Shown one piece after another: positions 57,561 to 64,000 of a DNA stretch of 64,000 nucleotides. The stretch spans positions 448,001 to 512,000 of the forward strand of contig CAXMWX010000005.1 in assembly GCA_963422205.2 (NCBI GenBank), written 5' to 3'. The translations under genes and the position numbers were made by a program. The DNA is from Gammaproteobacteria bacterium. Its GTDB lineage: Bacteria; Pseudomonadota; Gammaproteobacteria; Eutrophobiales; Eutrophobiaceae. The notes under the pieces are model-generated. The model saw nothing but the letters and a program-made list of their open reading frames with translations. It was not told the DNA's origin and searched no databases. Each line of letters opens with the position of its first letter. The first letter of the stretch is position 1.

Positions 57561-58530
57561 GTATCCTTTTGTTGGCGATCTCACAATAATCCGGGTCAAT
57601 ATCCATACCCATATATTTGCGATTTTCCGAAATAGCCGCCAAGGCTGTTGTACCACTCCCTACATATGGATCCAAAACTAATCCACCCGGTGGGCAAAGC
57701 AGTTTGATGATTTCACGGATAATTCCAAGAGGAAAAACGGCGCAATGCTTCAACCCCGGCACGCTCTCAACAGTTGTTTCCATAACATCCTTCTTCATTG
57801 AGTTTCCATGTATCCTGATAATTGTGAATCCTTTACGCTCCATTTGTATTTTCCTACCGCCTTCTTGGCCTCCAAAAGCCTCAGCATGAATACCTCTTAT
57901 CTTCATACGGAAGCCCTGTACACTACCCGCCTTAACCTCCGCAATAACTTCATTCAGTGCTTCGCTAGCATTTTTCTTTTCCGATGTTGTAAGATTGGAA
58001 TCCTTTATCATTTCACGATACTTTCCACCAAGCCTATTGGTTGGCTTATGCTTGATGAAGTTTACTTTTCTCTCGAAGAAATTTTTGCGATCATAATAAT
58101 AATCACCTGACTTGGCAAAGTGAAAAAATGGTTCAGTGCTGCTTACTAGGCGACGGTTGAATTGCCTTGGGGTCGGATTGGTCTTTACCCAAGTTATATT
58201 ATTCACTAAACGAATATCATTTTTCTTGGTTGCCTCAATAGCAAATCTGAATGGAACCAGTAGAAGCGAACTATTAATATACTTGTCGCCAAGATTATAA
58301 ACTAGACTTCCAGTCGGCTTTATGACCCGAACGGCTTCATTGAACACTTCCATCAGAGATTCAATATAATCTTCAACTGAACCTTCATTACCAATTGTCA
58401 TCCCGGCCATATTGTAATGCCGCTGCATATAATATGGCGGCGATGTAACCAGCAAATCTATTGAGTCTTTGGGCATTTGCTTCAATAGAAAAGCAGAGTC
58501 GCCGCATTGTATGGTGTTTGTTAGGTTCAT
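57547..58530 (-). CDS. Site-specific DNA methyltransferase, beta class (probably N4-cytosine)
   Basis: Motif IV VTSPPY precedes motif I VLDPYVGSGTT; NLGD, IxWxK-like ITWVK, HxAVFP. Confidence 0.9.
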   Translation of the reverse strand: MNLTNTIQCGDSAFLLKQMPKDSIDLLVTSPPYYMQRHYNMAGMTIGNEGSVEDYIESLMEVFNEAVRVIKPTGSLVYNLGDKYINSSLLLVPFRFAIEATKKNDIRLVNNITWVKTNPTPRQFNRRLVSSTEPFFHFAKSGDYYYDRKNFFERKVNFIKHKPTNRLGGKYREMIKDSNLTTSEKKNASEALNEVIAEVKAGSVQGFRMKIRGIHAEAFGGQEGGRKIQMERKGFTIIRIHGNSMKKDVMETTVESVPGLKHCAVFPLGIIREIIKLLCPPGGLVLDPYVGSGTTALAAISENRKYMGMDIDPDYCEIANKRIHDAG

Positions 58531-58606
58531 GTTTTTCCTCGTTCGACAATTCCTTGTCAGTAGTCAGGCCACCATAACAAAGTCGCTTGTCTCTTATTTA
58601 TTAACC

Positions 58607-58765
58607 TCACATGCCTGCCTCTTCCCAATATTCTAAATTAGAGAGAATCTCATCTTTATCAGCCGCTAATTCCCTGGCTTTCAAAATGGCCTGTTGTTCA
58701 CTGTCTGCACTTATCTCAACAGTATGAAAACCTGAATAATATATTTTGACTTCATACGCCTTCAT
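58607..58765 (-). CDS. Small hypothetical protein (52 aa), possibly DpnD/PcfM-like
   Basis: MKAYEVKIYYSGFHTVEISADSEQQAILKARE...; GAGGA RBS; first gene of the cassette. Confidence 0.55.
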   Translation of the reverse strand: MKAYEVKIYYSGFHTVEISADSEQQAILKARELAADKDEILSNLEYWEEAGM

Positions 58766-58788
58766 GTTGTTATCCTCATATCCTGCGA

Positions 58789-60747
58789 TCAAAAAACCTG
58801 ATGCACAAACACGGCGAGCAGCAGCAACAGGCCGATGATCATGGCAAAGGCGTAGTCGTACAAGTAACCGGATTGCAGCGTCCTGATGACACTGGAACAC
58901 CAGCGCACAGCCGCCGCCGTACCATTCACAATGAAGCCATCAATCAGCCTGGCATCGCCCAACTGCCACAGGCCCCTGCCAAGCACCCGGGCACCGCCAG
59001 CAAAGATGAATTGATAGATCGCATCCAGGTAATACTTGTTTGTCAGCAGCCGATGCAGCCAGCGAGAGTGGGCGGCGATCTTCGCCGGCATATCGGGGAA
59101 TTTGATATACAACAGCCAGGCAACCAGCGCACCGGCGGCGGCCAGATAGAGCGGCGGATGCTTGAATGCGGCCAGGGTGAAGGCCAGCACGCCGTGGTAA
59201 TGTGCGCCCAGTTGAGCCAGCACATTGTTGGCTTCGGCGACATGGATCGCCGCCGCAAAATAATCCCCGAACAACATATCGCTGATCAGCCAGGCACCGA
59301 TAAAGACCGATGGGACCGCCAGCACCAGCAATGGGGCAGTGATCACTTTCGGTGATTCACGCAACTGCTCCCAGGTGTGCCGATCCATGCGCTCCTTGCC
59401 GTGGAAGGTCATAAAGAACAGGCGGAAGCTGTACAGCGCCGTGATAAACACACCAAGCAGCACGGCATAATAAGCAAACCCGGCCCCGGGAATGCTGGAG
59501 TAATGCACCGCCTCGATGATCGCATCCTTGGAGTAGAAACCCGCCATACCCGGAAAACCGATCAAGGCCAGGGTACCTATCAGGCTGGTAAACCAGGTGA
59601 TCGGCAGGTAGCGGTACAAGCCGCCCATCTTACGCATGTCCTGCTCATGGTGCATGGCGATAATCACCGAGCCGGCGGCCAGGAACAACAGCGCCTTGAA
59701 GAACGCATGGGTGACCAGATGAAAGATGGCCGCACTGTAGGCCGAGGCGCCCAGGGCCACCGTCATATAGCCCAGTTGCGATAAGGTGGAGTAAGCAATA
59801 ACGCGCTTGATGTCGTGTTGTACCAGCCCAAGCAGCCCCATGAAAAAAGCGGTTACCGCACCGACCACCAAGACAACGCTCAAGGCGGTCACGGATAACT
59901 CATACAGCGGCGACATGCGCGCCACCATGAAGATGCCGGCGGTGACCATCGTGGCAGCATGGATCAAGGCGGAGATAGGCGTCGGGCCTTCCATGGAATC
60001 AGGCAACCAGATGTGTAACGGCGCTTGTGCTGACTTGCCCATCGCACCGATAAAAAGACAGATGCAGATCACCGTCAACACCGACCATTCCTGACCCTCA
60101 ATGACGGACAGGGTCTCACCTGCCAGGGCCGGCGCCTGGCGAAACACCGCCGCATAATCCAGCGTACCAAAATACAGCAGCACCGCCGCTATGCCCAACA
60201 AGAAACCCGCATCGCCCACACGATTGACCAGAAAGGCTTTCAAGTTAGCCAGAATGGCGGACTCTTTTTTGAACCAGAAGCCAATCAGCAGATAAGAGAC
60301 CAGCCCGACCGCTTCCCAGCCAAAGAATAGCTGCATGAAGTTGTTCGACATCACCAGCATCAACATGGCGAAGGTGAACAGCGAGATGTAGCTGAAGAAG
60401 CGCTGATAGCCCGGATCATCGCGCATATAGCCGATGGTGTAGATGTGGATCATCCAGGAGACGAAGCTCACCACCACCATCATGGTCACGCTTAACTGAT
60501 CGATCAAAAACCCGACCTCAAGGCGCAGCCCGCCCGTGATCAGCCAAGTATAGACCGTCTGGTTATAGACTGCACCGCCATCGAACATCAGCCGCTTGTA
60601 GGCCAGCAAGGAGAGTATGGCAGAGATGCCCACACCGATGATCGTCACCCAGTGGGCGCCGCTACGGCCAATGAACTTGCCAAACACCCCGGCGATAACC
60701 GCACCGGCAAGGGGTGACAGCACGATGGTGTAGTAAATATTCTCCAC
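58789..60747 (-). CDS. nuoL: NADH-quinone oxidoreductase subunit L
   Basis: GWEAVGLVSYLLIGFW, NRVGD, GKSAQAPLHIWLPDSMEGPTPISALIHAATMV, HAFFKALLF. Confidence 0.96.
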   Translation of the reverse strand: MENIYYTIVLSPLAGAVIAGVFGKFIGRSGAHWVTIIGVGISAILSLLAYKRLMFDGGAVYNQTVYTWLITGGLRLEVGFLIDQLSVTMMVVVSFVSWMIHIYTIGYMRDDPGYQRFFSYISLFTFAMLMLVMSNNFMQLFFGWEAVGLVSYLLIGFWFKKESAILANLKAFLVNRVGDAGFLLGIAAVLLYFGTLDYAAVFRQAPALAGETLSVIEGQEWSVLTVICICLFIGAMGKSAQAPLHIWLPDSMEGPTPISALIHAATMVTAGIFMVARMSPLYELSVTALSVVLVVGAVTAFFMGLLGLVQHDIKRVIAYSTLSQLGYMTVALGASAYSAAIFHLVTHAFFKALLFLAAGSVIIAMHHEQDMRKMGGLYRYLPITWFTSLIGTLALIGFPGMAGFYSKDAIIEAVHYSSIPGAGFAYYAVLLGVFITALYSFRLFFMTFHGKERMDRHTWEQLRESPKVITAPLLVLAVPSVFIGAWLISDMLFGDYFAAAIHVAEANNVLAQLGAHYHGVLAFTLAAFKHPPLYLAAAGALVAWLLYIKFPDMPAKIAAHSRWLHRLLTNKYYLDAIYQFIFAGGARVLGRGLWQLGDARLIDGFIVNGTAAAVRWCSSVIRTLQSGYLYDYAFAMIIGLLLLLAVFVHQVF

Positions 60748-60750
60748 CGG

Positions 60751-61056
60751 CTACCCCCGCATACTGTCCAGATCATTGACGTTGATCGTGTTACGTTTCC
60801 TAAACAACACCACCAGGATGGCAAGACCAATAGCCGATTCAGCGGCAGCCACGGTGAGAATAAAAAATACAAACACCTGACCATGCAGATTGCCGAGGAA
60901 ATGCGAAAAGGCGATAAAGTTCAGGTTCACCGAAAGCAGCATCAGCTCGATACACATCAGCAGGATGATGATGTTCTTGCGGTTGATAAAAATCCCGGCC
61001 ACGCTGATACAAAAAAGACAGGCCGCCAGCAGCAACACCTCTGCCAGGCTGATCAC
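60751..61056 (-). CDS. nuoK: NADH-quinone oxidoreductase subunit K
   Basis: [28 protein letters not shown]. Confidence 0.95.
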   Translation of the reverse strand: MISLAEVLLLAACLFCISVAGIFINRKNIIILLMCIELMLLSVNLNFIAFSHFLGNLHGQVFVFFILTVAAAESAIGLAILVVLFRKRNTINVNDLDSMRG

Positions 61057-61661
61057 TCCCGGCGCTCCGCATCCATCGTCACCAGGCGCACGCGGCGCTC
61101 TGGTCTTGCGGTTACTTGGTGCTCTGGCCGGGGGCCGCGGCGCTGACGTGGCTTAACCCGGGTCAAGCTGATAGCGGCAATGATCGCCACCATCAACACC
61201 GCCCCGGCAATCTCAAACGGGTACAGGTAATCGGTGAATAACAACTGGCCTAATGCACGTGTGTTACTGATGCCGCTATCGGTCTGGGCTGTGGTGCTGA
61301 TATTGATATTGGATAACACCACATCATCGGTGCCGACCACCAGCCCCATGGCCAGCAACATCAGCCCGGCCACGATGATCCCCACTGGCAGGAAGCGCGC
61401 AAAGCCCTCACGCAACGGTGCCAGGTTAATATCAAGCAACATCATGACAAACAAAAACAACACCATGACAGCGCCGACATAGACGAGTATTAAAGCGATG
61501 GCGAGAAACTCCGCCTGCAATAACAGCCATATAGCGGCGCTGCAAAAAAATGCCAGCACCAAAAACAAGGCGGCATGTACCGGGTTACGCAGCGTGATCA
61601 CCATCACGGCCGATAACACCAGCAAGGCAGCGAAGACATAGAAGATGATCTGCTCCAGCAT
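61053..61661 (-). CDS. nuoJ: NADH-quinone oxidoreductase subunit J
   Basis: [36 protein letters not shown]. Confidence 0.95.
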   Translation of the reverse strand: MLEQIIFYVFAALLVLSAVMVITLRNPVHAALFLVLAFFCSAAIWLLLQAEFLAIALILVYVGAVMVLFLFVMMLLDINLAPLREGFARFLPVGIIVAGLMLLAMGLVVGTDDVVLSNINISTTAQTDSGISNTRALGQLLFTDYLYPFEIAGAVLMVAIIAAISLTRVKPRQRRGPRPEHQVTARPERRVRLVTMDAERRE

Positions 61662-61668
61662 CAGCGCA

Positions 61669-62157
61669 TTACCTGTAGGCCGCTTCCTCGGCCCGGTCAG
61701 CAGCTATCTGCTGCTCGGCCTTATCGCCGACCGCCAGCAGTTTTTCCTTGGTCATCAGCAAATCACCACGCTGCTCACCATGGTATTCATAGATGCGAGT
61801 CTCAACGATGGAATCCACCGGACAGGACTCCTCACAAAAACCGCAAAAAATACACTTGGTCAAATCGATATCATAACGGGTGGTGCGCCGGGTGCCGTCT
61901 TCTCTCTGTTCCGAATCAATGGTAATGGCCAGGGCCGGACAGACTGCTTCGCACAGCTTGCAGGCAATGCAGCGCTCCTCGCCATTAGGGTAACGGCGCA
62001 GGGCATGCAGACCACGAAAACGCGGCGACTGGGGCGTCTTCTCTTCCGGGTATTGCACGGTGATCTTGCGGGTAAACAGATGACGGCCAGTCAAACGCAA
62101 ACCTTTTATCAACTCCCATAACAACACGCTGTGAAAATACTGTTTAATTCTCTCCAT
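61669..62157 (-). CDS. nuoI: NADH-quinone oxidoreductase subunit I
   Basis: QYPEEK, RFRG, two 4Fe-4S motifs [12 protein letters not shown] and [12 protein letters not shown]. Confidence 0.97.
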   Translation of the reverse strand: MERIKQYFHSVLLWELIKGLRLTGRHLFTRKITVQYPEEKTPQSPRFRGLHALRRYPNGEERCIACKLCEAVCPALAITIDSEQREDGTRRTTRYDIDLTKCIFCGFCEESCPVDSIVETRIYEYHGEQRGDLLMTKEKLLAVGDKAEQQIAADRAEEAAYR

Positions 62158-62172
62158 AACCTAACACCTGCC

Positions 62173-63297
62173 TTAATCAAACCAGGGGCCAACCTGCCCG
62201 ACCACCAGGCCAGCTACCACCACGATCCACACGATCGTGATCGGCAAGAATACCTTCCAGCCGAGGCGCATGATCTGATCATAGCGATAGCGCGGGAAAG
62301 TGGCCCGAAACCAGAGAAACAGAAACAGGAAGACAGACGTCTTGGCCAGCAGCCAGAGCAGGCTCGGCTCACTCAACAACGGCACGCCGCCCAGCAGGGG
62401 CACGCCCTGGAAAGGTGACAGCCAGCCGCCCAAAAACAGCAACGCCGTGAGCAAGGAGATCAAGATCATGTTGGCGTACTCAGCCATAAAGAAGATGGAA
62501 AACGCCATGCCGCCGTACTCCACATGAAAGCCGGCCACGATCTCCGACTCGCCCTCGGCAACATCAAACGGCGCACGGTTGGTCTCCGCCACGCCGGAGA
62601 TAAAATACACCAGAAAGATCGGCAACAGCGGCAGCCAGAACCAGTGCATGATGCCGCCGCTCTGGGCGCGGATAATATCGCCCAGATTGAGGCTGCCAGC
62701 GGCGATCAACACACAGACCAGGGCAAACCCCATGGCGATCTCATAGGCGACGATCTGGGCGGCGGAGCGCATCGCCCCCAGGAAAGCATATTTGGAATTG
62801 GACGCCCAGCCAGCGATGATGACGCCGTAGACAGCCAGCGAGGTCAAGGCGAGGATGTACAAAAGGCCGGCGTTGATGTCGGCCAGCACCAGCGTCTCAT
62901 TAAACGGCACCACCGCCCAGGCGGCCAGCGATGGGGCCAGCGACAGCACAGGTGCGATGATGAATAAATATTTATTGGCACCCGCAGGAATAATGATCTC
63001 TTTGAAGATCAACTTGACCGCATCGGCGATGGGTTGCCCCAGGCCGACCAGGGGAAAGCCAAAAAAACCCACGCGGTTCGGGCCGATGCGCCCTTGAATA
63101 TAACCGATGATCTTGCGCTCAGCATAGGTGGTGTAGGCCACCACAGCCAGCACCGGCAACAGAATCGCCACAATCTTGGTCACTGTCTCCAGCGTATACA
63201 TGGCCTCCACGGCAAAGCGAACTGGCACCAGATGATCAACGATCCGGGCAAGCACCATCTCCCGGTAAATGGCATACAAGGCTTCCAGCATGATCAA
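62173..63297 (-). CDS. nuoH: NADH-quinone oxidoreductase subunit H
   Basis: [55 protein letters not shown]. Confidence 0.96.
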   Translation of the reverse strand: MIMLEALYAIYREMVLARIVDHLVPVRFAVEAMYTLETVTKIVAILLPVLAVVAYTTYAERKIIGYIQGRIGPNRVGFFGFPLVGLGQPIADAVKLIFKEIIIPAGANKYLFIIAPVLSLAPSLAAWAVVPFNETLVLADINAGLLYILALTSLAVYGVIIAGWASNSKYAFLGAMRSAAQIVAYEIAMGFALVCVLIAAGSLNLGDIIRAQSGGIMHWFWLPLLPIFLVYFISGVAETNRAPFDVAEGESEIVAGFHVEYGGMAFSIFFMAEYANMILISLLTALLFLGGWLSPFQGVPLLGGVPLLSEPSLLWLLAKTSVFLFLFLWFRATFPRYRYDQIMRLGWKVFLPITIVWIVVVAGLVVGQVGPWFD

Positions 63298-64000
63298 CCC
63301 ACCCCGGCCAGCGTGATCTCACCACACAGGGGGCCGAGTGCCGCCGTCTCAGGATGTGCGCCGTGCAGCAGCACACACTCATCCGCCACGAGGTCATTGA
63401 TAATGAGCCGCAGTACCCGTTGCTGTTCATTCTGCCTGGCGGTGACCTGATCGTTATCCGCCAGCCCCAGCCGTTCGGCCGTGCGCGCATTGATCTGTAC
63501 TGCTGCTGTGGCCACATCGGCGGTTGCCTGCAAGGCAGGGGCATGACGCACCAGGGCATCGACCGAGTTCATCGGCACATAGCCCGCCCGCTGTAAACCC
63601 GTGCGCTGCATCGGCAAACTGTCGGCAAGCGGCCCGGCATGGCAGTCCGCCGCATGGCGGGCATCGCGCACTGTCGCCGCCCTGTTATCGGCCAGCTGCC
63701 GGGTAAACTCCGCCTGTATCTGTGCAATGCGGCTAAAATCAAACCCCTCAACCGCCAGGGTATTGGCCAGAACCCGCAGGATCTTCCAGCCCGGCCTCGC
63801 CTCACCGGGCGGGGGCGTGATGGCATCGACCTGCTGATCTATGCCGCTGATCGTACTCATAGAGCCGCTGTTCTCCGCATACAGAGCAGAGGGCAGCATG
63901 ACATCGGCATGTTCAAGGCAGGCGGGATGTTGATACGGGCTGATGACGACCACACAGCGGGCGGCGGCCAGGGCGGTCAGGGCAAGATGGGCATCCAGGC
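63294..64000 (-). CDS. nuoG: NADH-quinone oxidoreductase subunit G, 3' part (begins outside the window)
   Basis: ADVMLP...[30 protein letters not shown]; directly upstream of nuoH. Confidence 0.88.
   Translation of the reverse strand, partial: LDAHLALTALAAARCVVVISPYQHPACLEHADVMLPSALYAENSGSMSTISGIDQQVDAITPPPGEARPGWKILRVLANTLAVEGFDFSRIAQIQAEFTRQLADNRAATVRDARHAADCHAGPLADSLPMQRTGLQRAGYVPMNSVDALVRHAPALQATADVATAAVQINARTAERLGLADNDQVTARQNEQQRVLRLIINDLVADECVLLHGAHPETAALGPLCGEITLAGVG

Larger units (their letters stand above)
56341..58774. mobile_element. AT-rich inserted R-M cassette bounded by an 8-bp direct repeat TTGTTATC
   Basis: TTGTTATC at 56341-56348 and 58767-58774; sharp composition change; separates the normally adjacent nuoL and nuoM. 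No integrase seen. Confidence 0.6.

Noticed and set aside
59164-59174. First 11 nt of spacer 12 (GAATGCGGCCA) match within nuoL
   Set aside because: Too short, the rest of the spacer mismatches, and no TTTV PAM is present.

Overview
GC-rich bacterial chromosomal window, probably gammaproteobacterial (inferred from the nuo, aceK, psd and yajQ genes). From left to right it holds: (1) a minus-strand PUFA-synthase plus olefin cluster (pfaD-pfaA // pfaBC-oleA-oleB-oleC) split in the middle by a plus-strand type V-A CRISPR-Cas locus (cas12a-cas4-cas1-cas2, 13 full 36-nt repeats plus one truncated, 13 spacers); cas12a carries a 1-nt frameshift exactly at the RuvC-I catalytic motif. (2) fadD, a MAPEG protein and a flavodoxin-like protein. 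(3) A type III R-M island, mod-fic-res, with an AT-rich central target-recognition segment in mod and a triple-palindrome element in front of res. (4) A rhodanese, an internally deleted TnpB, a DM13 protein and queE. (5) A serine-cycle cluster (sga-mcl-mtkA-mtkB-hprA-ppc). (6) metZ with a SAM-II-type riboswitch. (7) icd-aceK-apbE-yajQ-sco-pcuAC-psd. (8) The distal nuo operon (nuoG-N), interrupted between nuoL and nuoM by an AT-rich type II R-M cassette bounded by an 8-bp direct repeat. All calls come from reading motifs by eye; no database searches were run, so novelty claims are unverified.
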